Shown one piece after another: positions 49,053-59,318 of a stretch of 64,000 nt of DNA (positions are counted from its first letter, which is position 1; each line of letters starts with the position of its first letter). The stretch lies in assembly GCA_964543385.1 (NCBI GenBank), contig CAZIYE010000001.1, positions 356,933 through 420,932 of the forward strand. The letters are read 5' to 3'. Position numbers and translations under genes: made by a program. The notes under the pieces are model-generated. The model was not told the DNA's origin. It searched no databases and saw only the letters and a list, made by a program, of their open reading frames with translations. The DNA is from an uncultured Candidatus Saccharibacteria bacterium (GTDB lineage: Bacteria > Patescibacteriota > UBA1384 > XYA2-FULL-43-10 > 1-14-0-10-43-13).

Positions 49053-50795
49053 ATGCATAAAGGAGAATCTATATCAAAAATTATTTTCTCGGTTATTGCT
49101 ACATTATTTTTTATTTATCCAACATCTATACAAGCGCGTGATACTTCTAAAATTACCGATTGGTATATAAAGGATTTCAAAAGTAAAATTATCGTCAACA
49201 GAGATTCCAGCCTCGATATTACGGAAGAAATTACCGCTGATTGTGGAAATTTGCCTGATAAACACGGAATCTTTAGAAGCCTCCCGGCCTATTACCAGAG
49301 AACAATGAATGAAGAGGTGAAAACACCTATTAAACTTTTAGGTATAACTGGATCTGAAGGACAGTCAATTGAATATTCGACAATAAAAAATAACAATTCT
49401 ATCACCTGGAAAATCGGTGACACAAATAAAACAGTTACCGGTGAAAATACCTATATCATCAGATATAAAGTAAAAAATACTATTCGTTTTGCAGACAGCG
49501 GGGACTTCGATGAACTTTATTGGAACTTAAATGGCAATTTCTGGCAGATTGAGACCGATAAGTTCATCGGCACTATAAAATTTCCCCAAGAAATAACAAA
49601 AGACAATACAACTATTTCCTCTTATTCTGGTAAAACGGGTATAAACAGCAATAATCTTGCATCTTATTCATGGATCGATAAAAATACTCTACAAGTTACC
49701 TCCAAGACAATTCTAAAAGCAGGAGAAGGCATAACCGCTTCAATCACATTCCCCAAAAATATTATCTCGCCCTACACACCTCCGTTTATGGAAAAATACG
49801 GCTTCTTCATCTTTTTACTTTTTCCACTTTTGGTTTTCGTCTTCGCATTTCGATATTGGTCAAAATATGGCAAAGATCCTAGGCTAGACAATCCAGAAAT
49901 GGCTCAATACGATCCACCTGAGAAGATGACACCTCTTGAAATCGGTATGATAATCTCAAACGGCAGATTTGACGCCAAATTCGTCTCTGCTTGCATCGTC
50001 GACTTAGCCGTCAGGAAATTTATCGTCATCGAAGAAGTAACCAAGAAAGGGATGTTTGGCAAAAAAGATTTCCTCCTTCGCCGGCTCAATGACCAAGAAA
50101 CCAATTTAACAGAGGCAGAGAAAGAATTAATGACAGATTTATTCGTCGGCGAAAAAGCAGTCAGAATATCTGATCTGCAGAACAAATTCTACTTGAGTCT
50201 GCCTAAAATCTCTAAAAAGGTTATGGATAAATTTTACTCAGAAGCCATCTTTGATCAAAAAGCCCAATCAAAGATGACAACTTTACTTGTGATTGGATTT
50301 ATTCTCCTGGCAATTGGTGGATATATCGCCTCCTTCAATCTGATACTTGGAATAAATATAATGCTAGGCGCTATTATAACGATCATTTTCGGTATCCTCA
50401 TGCCCAGACGTACCGAAAAGGGCGCCGATCTCCTCTGGAAAGCCCAGGGCTTTCGACTATTTATCAAGATGACTGAGAAATATCGCCAAGAGTTCAATGA
50501 GAAGGAAAACATTTTCGAAAAATTCCTGCCCTACGCCATGGTCTTCGGACTTGTCTCGGTCTGGGTCAACAATATGAAAAAGATTTATGGCGAACAATAC
50601 TTCGCGACCTACCACCCCTACTGGTACACCGGCCATACCTTTGCCAATTTCGACGCCAACAAATTCAATTCAATGATCTCAGATCTCTCAAACAACATGG
50701 CAACAACAATGGCATCAAATCCCTCATCCTCAGGCAGTGGTGGTGGTGGCTTCTCCGGTGGCGGAGGGGGCGGAGGGGGCGGTGGCGGTTGGTAA
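49053..50795 (+). CDS. DUF2207-family membrane protein with C-terminal poly-Gly tail
   Basis: Signal peptide, N-terminal DUF2207-like domain (…SLDITEEITADCGNLPDKHGIFRSLP…), 3 TM, tail SSGSGGGGFSGGGGGGGGGGGW. Confidence 0.6.
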   Translation: MHKGESISKIIFSVIATLFFIYPTSIQARDTSKITDWYIKDFKSKIIVNRDSSLDITEEITADCGNLPDKHGIFRSLPAYYQRTMNEEVKTPIKLLGITGSEGQSIEYSTIKNNNSITWKIGDTNKTVTGENTYIIRYKVKNTIRFADSGDFDELYWNLNGNFWQIETDKFIGTIKFPQEITKDNTTISSYSGKTGINSNNLASYSWIDKNTLQVTSKTILKAGEGITASITFPKNIISPYTPPFMEKYGFFIFLLFPLLVFVFAFRYWSKYGKDPRLDNPEMAQYDPPEKMTPLEIGMIISNGRFDAKFVSACIVDLAVRKFIVIEEVTKKGMFGKKDFLLRRLNDQETNLTEAEKELMTDLFVGEKAVRISDLQNKFYLSLPKISKKVMDKFYSEAIFDQKAQSKMTTLLVIGFILLAIGGYIASFNLILGINIMLGAIITIIFGILMPRRTEKGADLLWKAQGFRLFIKMTEKYRQEFNEKENIFEKFLPYAMVFGLVSVWVNNMKKIYGEQYFATYHPYWYTGHTFANFDANKFNSMISDLSNNMATTMASNPSSSGSGGGGFSGGGGGGGGGGGW

Positions 50796-50808
50796 AATAT
50801 TTATAACG

Positions 50809-50846
50809 AAAAAAGGCAGACGGAAAGACCATCTGCCTTTTTTTAA
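50809..50846. terminator. bidirectional intrinsic terminator
   Basis: AAAAAGGCAGA-cggaaagacca-TCTGCCTTTTTTT. Confidence 0.65.
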
Positions 50847-50855
50847 TAGAAAATC

Positions 50856-51203
50856 TTATGCTTGAGAAACGACAGACTCAGAATATTTTGAATCATCGAA
50901 AGCAATTATTGGATAGCCAATAAAACTAAACAATCCGAGAAAAAAGAAACCGAAGGCAGCGCTCTTGCCGAACCGCTTTGCCAGCTCAATTGCGATGATA
51001 AATGCTATCACGATATTGACAATTGGCACTAACAATAGGATGAACCACCAGACAGGTTTGTTAACAATCTGCAATTGAACGATAATATTGTAGATTGGTA
51101 TAATACTTGCCCAACCAGCCTTCCCTGCTTTTAAAAACATTTTCCACAGTGACACAATCATTAACACACCCACTAATATCCCTACCCACATCGAACCGTC
51201 CAT
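50856..51203 (-). CDS. small membrane protein (…KAGKAGWASIIPIYNIIVQLQIVNKPVWW… family)
   Basis: 115 aa, 3 TM; conserved-looking KAG…GW…IP.YN motif seen in a widespread uncharacterised small-membrane-protein family. Confidence 0.45.
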   Translation of the reverse strand: MDGSMWVGILVGVLMIVSLWKMFLKAGKAGWASIIPIYNIIVQLQIVNKPVWWFILLLVPIVNIVIAFIIAIELAKRFGKSAAFGFFFLGLFSFIGYPIIAFDDSKYSESVVSQA

Positions 51204-51233
51204 AATCCTCCATTTTACTAATTATATATAAAA

Positions 51234-51437
51234 TTATTCTTTATTTGGAAAACTGAAACGAGCTATTTTTTCTGCAAATATAATTAGTAATGCACCTAAA
51301 ATTAAAGCAACTACTCCATATAGAGGCTTCGCCCAGATATAGAGCACCCAAGAAAGTCCGACTAGCAATACACCACCTATGTAATTTCGTATTTTATCAA
51401 TTTTGTAGGCAATGTTATCAGACTTTTTACTTTTCAT
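51234..51437 (-). CDS. hypothetical 67-aa two-TM peptide
   Basis: Hydrophobic hairpin; weak evidence only. Confidence 0.3.
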   Translation of the reverse strand: MKSKKSDNIAYKIDKIRNYIGGVLLVGLSWVLYIWAKPLYGVVALILGALLIIFAEKIARFSFPNKE

Positions 51438-51485
51438 TTTTCCTTTACTGAATTAAATATTAATAATAAACGAATAATAATAGAT

Positions 51486-52076
51486 CTATCCCCTTGTCCG
51501 CTCAAACAAAGCGATTACCACTCCAGAAAAAGCAATCAGGGTCTTTTCTTCTTCTGACAAATCCCTCAGATTATCTATTCCAAAATTGCTTTCAAAAAAT
51601 GATCTCTTCTTAGTTACCCTAGCTACATCCTGTCCATCATTATCAATTATCTTAAATTTAGGGTTAAGGAAAAGCCCACAAAATATGCCAACAAGTGGTA
51701 TTTCGCCTACTAATGCATCAACAAACTTTATTATTGGATTCTCTTCAATAATTTTATATTTAACATTACCATCAATAATAATCTCCCATTGACCCTTAAT
51801 CAGAGATTTCCATCCTGAGCGCTTCAAAGATACAATTGCCCTACCATTGCTGTCAGATATATCTAGCCGTGGTGAAAAATCGATTATCCTATCTGCATTG
51901 ATCTGATAGAGCTCTTTTCCCTTTTGACGATTATTATAAATAATAATTTTTTCCTTAAGCTTCCAATATTGCTTATAGATATAAAACAACTCTTTACCAT
52001 CTTTGTCAGAAAGATAAACTTGGGGAACAAAAGCCAATATTTTAAATTTTAGATTCAATGGGAATTCCATAAACAC
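51486..52076 (-). CDS. hypothetical protein, possibly LURP-one-related/tubby-like fold
   Basis: 196 aa; repeated beta-strand pattern (…DKDGKELFYIYKQYWKLKEKIIIYNN…GRAIVSLKRSGWKSLIKGQWEIII…). Confidence 0.35.
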   Translation of the reverse strand: MFMEFPLNLKFKILAFVPQVYLSDKDGKELFYIYKQYWKLKEKIIIYNNRQKGKELYQINADRIIDFSPRLDISDSNGRAIVSLKRSGWKSLIKGQWEIIIDGNVKYKIIEENPIIKFVDALVGEIPLVGIFCGLFLNPKFKIIDNDGQDVARVTKKRSFFESNFGIDNLRDLSEEEKTLIAFSGVVIALFERTRG

Positions 52077-52161
52077 CTTTTTTTATTTATTAAATTATTA
52101 TAGCAATTTACCATTATAGCTTACAAATAAAAAATACTATCTTGCGATAGCATCCTTTATT

Positions 52162-52245
52162 TGGTGCCCGGGAGAGGACTCGAACCTCCACGGCTTGCGC
52201 CACCAGTTCCTAAGACTGGCGTGTATACCATTTCACCACCCGGGC
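52162..52245 (-). tRNA. tRNA-Leu(TAG)
   Basis: GCCCGGGTGGTGAAATGG…loop CTTAGGA…long variable arm…GGTTCGAGTCCTC…CCGGGCACCA. Confidence 0.85.
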
Positions 52246-52371
52246 AATGACAGGATTATATTATAAATTCCCTGTTTTTTCAAGACGAAACCACTCGCCT
52301 ATCTTAACCATTGCCTAAATAATCTATTTTCGGTATCATGATGCAGATCATTAATAAAACAAAAAACAACT

Positions 52372-53301
52372 ATGGATTTTGGATCAATAATAATTGTAGT
52401 ACTAGGCTTGTGTCTCTTCGAGGTTGTCTCGAGCATAGATAACGCAATAATAAATGCCGAAGTACTATCAACGATGCAAGAAAAATATCGGAAATGGTTC
52501 CTTCTTTGGGGTATTATTTTTGCCGTCTTTCTTATCAGAGGCTTGCTCCCATGGATGATAGTTTGGTTTGCAACCCCTAGTCTTGGTTTCATTGGTTCCC
52601 TCACTGCAACATTTAGCAGCGACCCGAAAGTATTACATTCTATAGAAATGTCAGCTCCTATTTTGCTTGCCGGAGGTGGAACATTCCTAGTATTCTTATT
52701 TTTCCATTGGCTTTTTCTTGAGAGCAAAAACTTTGGTATTATTGGCGAAAAATTTTTCTATTCAAACGGCGTCTGGTTTTATGCCGTAGTTTCAATAATT
52801 TTAAGTGCTATAGTCTGCCTTGCGCTGCAGATGAATCCCCTGATGGCGTTTGGTGCGGTTATAGGGTCGACTGCCTTCTTCATCACTCACGGTTTCAAGC
52901 AAAATGCTGAGCAAAGTGAGCAAAAAATAATGAAAAGCGGCATGTCAGATATTAGCAAAATTCTGTACTTAGAGGTTATAGATGCAACATTTTCAATTGA
53001 CGGCGTTTTGGGCGCTTTTGCTTTCACCCTCTCTGTGCCTCTAATTCTAATTGGTAATGGAATCGGTGCTATAGTCGTAAGACAGCTGACCATGGGCAAC
53101 ATTCATAGAATAAAGAAATACGTTTTCCTAAAAAATGGTGCAATGTACTCAATATTATTCCTCGGAAGCATCATGCTTCTCGATAGTTTTGGTGTACACA
53201 TAGCCAGCTGGGTATCGCCAGTCATCACATTTGGAGTAGTTGGATTCTTTTTCTTAAAATCCAAAAGACACTTGGATAAAAATGGCTGTTTGGCCGTCTA
53301 G
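52372..53301 (+). CDS. DUF475/TerC-related integral membrane protein
   Basis: 309 aa, ~8 TM; …SIDNAIINAEVL… and …SIDGVLGAFAFT… twin motifs. Confidence 0.6.
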   Translation: MDFGSIIIVVLGLCLFEVVSSIDNAIINAEVLSTMQEKYRKWFLLWGIIFAVFLIRGLLPWMIVWFATPSLGFIGSLTATFSSDPKVLHSIEMSAPILLAGGGTFLVFLFFHWLFLESKNFGIIGEKFFYSNGVWFYAVVSIILSAIVCLALQMNPLMAFGAVIGSTAFFITHGFKQNAEQSEQKIMKSGMSDISKILYLEVIDATFSIDGVLGAFAFTLSVPLILIGNGIGAIVVRQLTMGNIHRIKKYVFLKNGAMYSILFLGSIMLLDSFGVHIASWVSPVITFGVVGFFFLKSKRHLDKNGCLAV

Positions 53302-53407
53302 CTTACTTTTTGGATTTTACGGCCGGATAAGATAATTATTGCAATATCAAAACAAAGCAGTTAAAATATACTTAACTAAAATATAAATATCTCAAAAGGA
53401 GGGATAT

Positions 53408-54037
53408 ATGGACTTTGGATGGAATAAACCTGCCAGTCAGGATCAAAATAATAGTACTCAAGTTACAACAGATGATGCAAAAACTCCAGTAGTTGATGAT
53501 ACACCAGCTGCTACTCCTGCAGCAACGCCAGCTTCTTCGTGGGATTTACCTGGAGATAATAATAAACAAGACACTCAAGGCGGGATGACTTCCTCGGAGG
53601 AAGACTTAGACTTTTCGGCTAGTAAATCAGATGATTCTTTTGGCAACGATTTCACGGTCAACCCATCTACTAATACGAAGCAGGTGGAGGATAATATACC
53701 AGAGGAAAAAGACGAAAAAGAAGCCTCCCCAGAAGATGATCAAGCAGAGACACCTTCTATAGAAAAGACTGAAGAGGACCAAATAGAAGCGGTAAAAACA
53801 GAGATAGAGGAAAAATCAGAACCGACAGAAGATGATATTCAAAATGCGGCCCCAACAAATGGCGGCAAATCTCTGACAGAGTTGGAGAATGATATATTGG
53901 GTCAAAAAAACAAAGTTGATAAAGATTTGGCTGATCTGCAAACAAAAGCTACCAAGCTCGAGGAGCTTCTCTCAAAGATTAGAAAAATGCAAGATGAGGA
54001 AAAGAATCTTATACAAGAAATATCAAGCGCCCTATAG
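53408..54037 (+). CDS. hypothetical acidic low-complexity protein with C-terminal coiled coil
   Basis: 209 aa; AAGGAGGG SD; Asp/Glu/Thr/Pro-rich; C-terminal …LADLQTKATKLEELLSKIRKMQDEEKNLIQEI…. Confidence 0.5.
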   Translation: MDFGWNKPASQDQNNSTQVTTDDAKTPVVDDTPAATPAATPASSWDLPGDNNKQDTQGGMTSSEEDLDFSASKSDDSFGNDFTVNPSTNTKQVEDNIPEEKDEKEASPEDDQAETPSIEKTEEDQIEAVKTEIEEKSEPTEDDIQNAAPTNGGKSLTELENDILGQKNKVDKDLADLQTKATKLEELLSKIRKMQDEEKNLIQEISSAL

Positions 54038-54051
54038 TAAGTTGTTTCTAT

Positions 54052-54080
54052 AAAAAAGAGCTGATCATCAGCTCTTTTTT
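54052..54080. terminator. bidirectional intrinsic terminator
   Basis: AAAAAAGAGCTGATCATCAGCTCTTTTTT. Confidence 0.65.
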
Positions 54081-54612
54081 ATATCGTTATTAGGTCCTTG
54101 ATTTTATTGAAAATTAAATTACCTATCCCTTTTACCTCCTTGACCTGATCTATGGTTTTAAACCCGCTATGACTTTGACGATATTCAACGATCTTTTTAG
54201 CATATGCCGGACCGATACCGGGCAGCGTATCAAGTTCCCCTTCAGACGCAGTATTGATATTTATTTTACCAGGGATTTGTTTTACCACAGCTTTATGGGA
54301 TTCTGGAGTAAAGTTGGTTATGCCCGCTACTTTTCCGCCATCATCACTAGATGATGATACCTCCTTACTTTCAGAAATAAGCTTCTCAACTTCAACCGGC
54401 AAAGCAGACAAGTCTTCCTTTCTATCTTGCTCTAGAACAAAGAGCCTATTCTCGGCCAGACTCACTCTTTTTTTGATTTCAGGCATTAAGTAGTTTTCTC
54501 GCCAAAGTAAGAAAATCGAACTAGCTATAATTATGCAAAGTAATAATGAGCCAATCAAATACTTATAATGTTCCACTATTGCACTAAAGTTATTAATTTT
54601 GGAATTTTCCAT
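54079..54612 (-). CDS. comEA: competence protein ComEA (HhH DNA-binding)
   Basis: N-terminal TM; C-terminal …NINTASEGELDTLPGIGPAYAKKIVEYRQ…FKTIDQVKEVKGIG…. Confidence 0.7.
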   Translation of the reverse strand: MENSKINNFSAIVEHYKYLIGSLLLCIIIASSIFLLWRENYLMPEIKKRVSLAENRLFVLEQDRKEDLSALPVEVEKLISESKEVSSSSDDGGKVAGITNFTPESHKAVVKQIPGKININTASEGELDTLPGIGPAYAKKIVEYRQSHSGFKTIDQVKEVKGIGNLIFNKIKDLITI

Positions 54613-54635
54613 TTAAATAAAGTTTTATCTAGCTC

Positions 54636-56684
54636 TTATTCTAAGTGTTTATTTATCAAATATTGCTGGATTTTTTCTAAAAGTATAGGATAATTACTTA
54701 TTCTTGGCGCAATTTCCTTAGCTGCCTCCGAAGCTTCTAGAACCAATATTCTATCAGAGATAGAAGCCATTTTAAGGTCAAGCATACCGGACTGCTCTAG
54801 GCCAAAGATTGCCCCTGGACCACGCATCTCCAAATCAACTTCAGCCAGTTGAAATCCATCTGATATTTCTTCAAGACTTTTTAGACGCTCTAACGCCTTT
54901 TCACTCTTTGTATTAGAGAAAAGAAAACAAAATGATTGATAACTGCTTCTGCCTACTCTGCCACGAAACTGATGTATCTGAGCCAAGCCAAATCTTTCAG
55001 CATCTTCTACTATCATAACTGAAGCATTTGGGATATCCACGCCGACCTCAATGACCGACGTGCTGACCAAAATGTCGGTCTTGCAATCAGAAAAATCCTC
55101 CATAACACTCTCCTTTTCCTTGGATTTCATCTTGCCATGTAACATGCTAATTTTGAATTCTGGAAAAATGTTCTTTAATTTTTCGAACTCTACCTTAACA
55201 GATTTCTGCTCCTCTTCCCATAACTCGCTCTTGACAATTACCAATTCTGACTTGTCTTCTATCAGCGGACAAACAACAAACACCTGCCTTCCAGTTTTTA
55301 TCTGTTTACCAATAAAGTCATATGCCTTTTCGCGGTTCCATGATTCAACAAAACGAGTCTTTATCTCTCTTCTATCCGTTGGCTTATCCCGAATAATAGA
55401 GACATCAAGATCTCCAAATAGTGCCAAATGGAGAGTTCGCGGAATAGGCGTCGCGGTCATGCTAAGAAAATGAGGTCTCATTTCAACTGATTGTTCATTG
55501 GATATCGAAAGTTGCTGCAAAGACTGCCTTTGTCTGACTCCAAAACGATGTTGTTCATCAACTATTACTAATCCTAGGTTATCAATTTTGTCTAAATTTA
55601 ATAATGCGTGAGTTCCTATAAGAATCGGCGCGCTATGATTTTCCTTCTTCGAAGACGTAACAACCCCGATATTTTCATCACTAAATAATTTTTTAAAAAC
55701 TTCATAATGTTGATTTGCTAGAATTTCAGTCGGAGCCATTAATATTGTTTTATAACCAGCTTTCTTCACGACAGATGCTGCGATCGCTGCCACTATCGTT
55801 TTACCACTGCCGACATCGCCGTTTAACAAACGGTTCATCGGCATTGCCATCTCTAAATCTTGCACGATTTGCCAAAGTGCCTTCTTTTGATCTCCTGTCA
55901 GTTGAAATGGCAGATTGCCAATAAAATCTTTTAAATCATCAAGACTAACTAAAACTGGCGGCGCCTTCTTTTCCGCAATCTCCAGTTTGGCAATATTAGC
56001 CTTTAATGAAATGGCAAATAGCTCATCAAAGGCTAAACGTCTCCGTGCCTCCTGAAGTCTCGAAGCGCTGTTTGGTTCGTGAATGTTGGAAATTGCTTCT
56101 TGAATTGAGATTAATTTATGCTTATCTAGCACTTCTTTCGGCAACCATTCAGAGATTTCTTCTGTGTATTGTTTTACTTTTGAATAAACCTTCGCAATGA
56201 AAAAGCTGGTCATCCCGGCTGTTTCGGAATAAACTGGAACAATTTTAGCTGAGTTTGATCTTGTTGGTGACTCCATCGTGTACAATTTAGAGAAGCTATC
56301 AAATTTTACCGGCCCGTTCAGAGTCAGTTTACTACCGTTTCCTAGCATCTTGGCCAAATATGGCTGGTTAAACCATATTACTTTTAGCGATCCGGTATCA
56401 TCAGCAACAACCGCTTCTGTGACTGTAAAACCTCTTCTGCGCGTCTTTTTATTAGCGATACCCAAAAGAGTCCCTTTTATCGTAAATACTTCCTTATTTT
56501 GGTTCTGACCAACTTTGTTACCTAGATCATTAATCTGAGTTACTGTTGTATAATCCTCATACTTTCTTGGAAAATAAAAAAACAGGTCATGAGGACATTC
56601 AAGACCTAATTTCTTCAATTTCAAAAAACTCTTCTCACCGATACCAAGCGCTTCTATATCTATAAATTTTTTATACAAATTCAT
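54636..56684 (-). CDS. recG: ATP-dependent DNA helicase RecG
   Basis: 682 aa; wedge domain plus SF2 helicase motifs (GDVGSGKT, DEQHRFGV, …QLRGRVGR…). Confidence 0.9.
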   Translation of the reverse strand: MNLYKKFIDIEALGIGEKSFLKLKKLGLECPHDLFFYFPRKYEDYTTVTQINDLGNKVGQNQNKEVFTIKGTLLGIANKKTRRRGFTVTEAVVADDTGSLKVIWFNQPYLAKMLGNGSKLTLNGPVKFDSFSKLYTMESPTRSNSAKIVPVYSETAGMTSFFIAKVYSKVKQYTEEISEWLPKEVLDKHKLISIQEAISNIHEPNSASRLQEARRRLAFDELFAISLKANIAKLEIAEKKAPPVLVSLDDLKDFIGNLPFQLTGDQKKALWQIVQDLEMAMPMNRLLNGDVGSGKTIVAAIAASVVKKAGYKTILMAPTEILANQHYEVFKKLFSDENIGVVTSSKKENHSAPILIGTHALLNLDKIDNLGLVIVDEQHRFGVRQRQSLQQLSISNEQSVEMRPHFLSMTATPIPRTLHLALFGDLDVSIIRDKPTDRREIKTRFVESWNREKAYDFIGKQIKTGRQVFVVCPLIEDKSELVIVKSELWEEEQKSVKVEFEKLKNIFPEFKISMLHGKMKSKEKESVMEDFSDCKTDILVSTSVIEVGVDIPNASVMIVEDAERFGLAQIHQFRGRVGRSSYQSFCFLFSNTKSEKALERLKSLEEISDGFQLAEVDLEMRGPGAIFGLEQSGMLDLKMASISDRILVLEASEAAKEIAPRISNYPILLEKIQQYLINKHLE

Positions 56685-56702
56685 TAGCCAGAAAATTGAT
56701 AG

Positions 56703-56912
56703 TTATCTTTTCATCGTTATTGATGCAGATGCTACCATTATAACTCCCAAAACAAGAAAAGCACCACCAATCCATAACAGAATACGGAATATGTCTGCAC
56801 TTGGATCGACGTAAGTACTGTCAGCACCAACGCTACCAACACCCAACGATGTTGCGACAGCAATAATACCGAACAGAAAAGCGAAGAAACCAAACGTAAA
56901 TACTTTTTTCAT
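56703..56912 (-). CDS. hypothetical 69-aa two-TM peptide downstream of macB-like gene
   Basis: MKKVFTFGFFAFLFGIIAVA… signal-like TM, second TM near C-terminus. Confidence 0.4.
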   Translation of the reverse strand: MKKVFTFGFFAFLFGIIAVATSLGVGSVGADSTYVDPSADIFRILLWIGGAFLVLGVIMVASASITMKR

Positions 56913-56921
56913 AATTTTCTC

Positions 56922-58874
56922 CTATTCATATCTTAAGGCTTCTAACGGCGATAATTTGGCTGCTCTTCTTGCGGGGTATAAGCCAGCCAAAAGCGAAACT
57001 AATACAGTTAAGACTACCATCTCGATGGCGAAAAAGGTAGGGGTTATAAATATTTGCATTGATCCCGGAATGTCGCTCATTTTCATCAATAGATTTACTA
57101 TGAAATTTACAAATTCTCCAAAGAAATAAGTAGAAAGAACTCCGGCAAGTGAACCATAAAGCCCAAACATAATCACTTCATATTCAAAAATACGTTTTAT
57201 ATCGATATTTGTTGCTCCGATAGCCTTCATTATTCCAACTTCGTGTGTTCTCTCCAGCAGAGATATAGTCATGATGTTTACTATACCAATAAGTGCAACT
57301 ATCAAGGCGACACCACCAATTACTCCAAGAACAATTTGCATGATAAGAAATACTTTGTCAACTTGCTTTATAAGATCAATAACTGAAGATGTTGTAAAAC
57401 CAGCTCTTTCGATATTATCCCTGACTGATTCAACCTTAGATCGATCTGACGCTTTAACCTTGACGCTATTATATTTGCCTACTCCTGTTATTTTTTTCGC
57501 CGATTCCAGAGATATGATAGCCGTACTTAGTAATTCATCACCATAAACACCAACAATTTTTTCATCCAATTCAACACTTTTTAGATCAGATATTTTACCA
57601 GATTCCTCCGAGACAACAAGCATTGTTAATTTGATGTTCTTACCTACTGCAGTTGAAGGATCTTTTATATCAAAATTCTTTAAAAGACCTTTAGATACTA
57701 CCACTCCTGACTTGTCAGTAAATTTACTACCAGAGATTAAAATAACTCCTTCAAACTCTAGCGCATTAGGAGCAATCCCCTGCACAATTATCTGAGAGTT
57801 AGAGCTGTCTATGTTCGCCTTAGAGGCAACAGTTACAGATGGACTTACAATAGCAACATTTGATATTTTTTTAAGTTTATCTACTGCTTTATCATCAAGG
57901 TTTTCTATCGAATTCTTGCTCAAAGATACATTAATAGTCACCAATGCATCGAGAGAAGCCAGCTGGCTTGAAGTTATTTTCTGAAGACCAACCCCAAGAG
58001 AAACCAACGTAACTATTGATCCGACGCCCATTGCAACACCAAGAGTTGTTAAAAAACTCCTCAGTTTATTGCTAAAAAAATGAATTCTAGAAAAACGAAG
58101 GGTTTCTAGAATCTTCATTGATCCTTTTTTATTGGAAACATAGTATTTAGGAGTCTTGCTGTCTTCAGAATAGGAGGTGCTTTTATTATTACTATCAACC
58201 CTTACCATCTCGCCATCACGCATATATAATATTCTGTCGCCAAATTTAAGAAAATCAGGATTATGAGTGACTAGAACAATCGTCCTACCCCACTTCTTAT
58301 TGATCTTGCATATTAGATCCATTATCTCATTCCCTGTCGGTATATCTAGATTTCCAGTAGGTTCGTCAATCAGGAGAATCCCTGGATTTGCCGACAATGA
58401 TCTAGCAATTGCAATTCGTTGTTGTTGCCCTCCGGACATCTCCGAGGGCCTATGGTCTGCTCTATCACCAAGTCCAACAACAGCAAGAAGCTCTTCTGCT
58501 CTGGCATGAGCCTCTTTTCTATTAACTCCAGACAAGATCAAAGGCATTGCTACATTGTCTCGCGCAGAAAGTGTCGGAACAAGATTAAATTGCTGAAATA
58601 CCATACCGACCCTAGTTCGGCGATATTCAGATAACTTGTTCTCTTTTAGATCAAATATATTAGTCCCCTTATAGAGAACTTTACCCAATGAAGGATAATC
58701 CAAACCGCCCAGAAGACTTAAAAGTGTGCTCTTGCCACAACCAGATGGCCCAAAAACAACCACAAATTCACCAGCATTTATGTCAAAAGTAGCACCTTTA
58801 AGTGCCTGTACCTCGTTTTCTCCAACGAAAAACGACTTCTGTAGATTATCAACTCTGATTACAGGCTCTTTCAT
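56922..58874 (-). CDS. MacB-type fused ABC ATPase-FtsX permease
   Basis: 650 aa; Walker A GPSGCGKST, LSGGQQQRIAIARSL, ILLIDEPTGNLD, followed by 4-TM FtsX domain. Confidence 0.8.
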   Translation of the reverse strand: MKEPVIRVDNLQKSFFVGENEVQALKGATFDINAGEFVVVFGPSGCGKSTLLSLLGGLDYPSLGKVLYKGTNIFDLKENKLSEYRRTRVGMVFQQFNLVPTLSARDNVAMPLILSGVNRKEAHARAEELLAVVGLGDRADHRPSEMSGGQQQRIAIARSLSANPGILLIDEPTGNLDIPTGNEIMDLICKINKKWGRTIVLVTHNPDFLKFGDRILYMRDGEMVRVDSNNKSTSYSEDSKTPKYYVSNKKGSMKILETLRFSRIHFFSNKLRSFLTTLGVAMGVGSIVTLVSLGVGLQKITSSQLASLDALVTINVSLSKNSIENLDDKAVDKLKKISNVAIVSPSVTVASKANIDSSNSQIIVQGIAPNALEFEGVILISGSKFTDKSGVVVSKGLLKNFDIKDPSTAVGKNIKLTMLVVSEESGKISDLKSVELDEKIVGVYGDELLSTAIISLESAKKITGVGKYNSVKVKASDRSKVESVRDNIERAGFTTSSVIDLIKQVDKVFLIMQIVLGVIGGVALIVALIGIVNIMTISLLERTHEVGIMKAIGATNIDIKRIFEYEVIMFGLYGSLAGVLSTYFFGEFVNFIVNLLMKMSDIPGSMQIFITPTFFAIEMVVLTVLVSLLAGLYPARRAAKLSPLEALRYE

Positions 58875-59143
58875 CTTTTCTCTATCTCTTCCTCTAATTC
58901 CTCTACCTCGCGCTCCACCTCCAACAACTTAGTCATTGACTCAAACGCAGTGATAGTTAGCAACACGGTGATCACAGAAATTGTAATGAATACTCCTGCT
59001 ACGATTGCCTTCTTTTGAAATGAAGATTCTGGATAATAGAAGAATAGTACGATGCCCAATACTAGTAAAAAGATAGCGACGATTATCCCAACCAACAAGA
59101 GTAGATAAGAACCCATTTTGATCAATTTTTTGTTGTTTGCCAT
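58871..59143 (-). CDS. hypothetical 90-aa membrane protein translationally coupled to macB-like gene
   Basis: 2 TM then Glu-rich coiled-coil tail (…LEVEREVEELEEEIEKR); 4-nt overlap ATGA with downstream gene. Confidence 0.4.
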   Translation of the reverse strand: MANNKKLIKMGSYLLLLVGIIVAIFLLVLGIVLFFYYPESSFQKKAIVAGVFITISVITVLLTITAFESMTKLLEVEREVEELEEEIEKR

Positions 59144-59318
59144 TTTAAAAATTTAGATTAGATAATAGCCAAAAAGGTGCCAACGACAAATCATTGCACA
59201 CATAAGAATATAAAGCCTAGTACAGTCATACCCCTCGCTTTCCACAGTATTTATAGCTTGATCCAAGCTACCGTTTATCTATAAATAAATTATAACAATT
59301 GGAAAGCAATTATACAAA

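Noticed and set aside
52299-52727. 142-aa minus-strand ORF
   Set aside because: Overlaps the promoter and 5' end of the DUF475 membrane-protein gene and partly the tRNA-Leu(TAG) flank; no SD.
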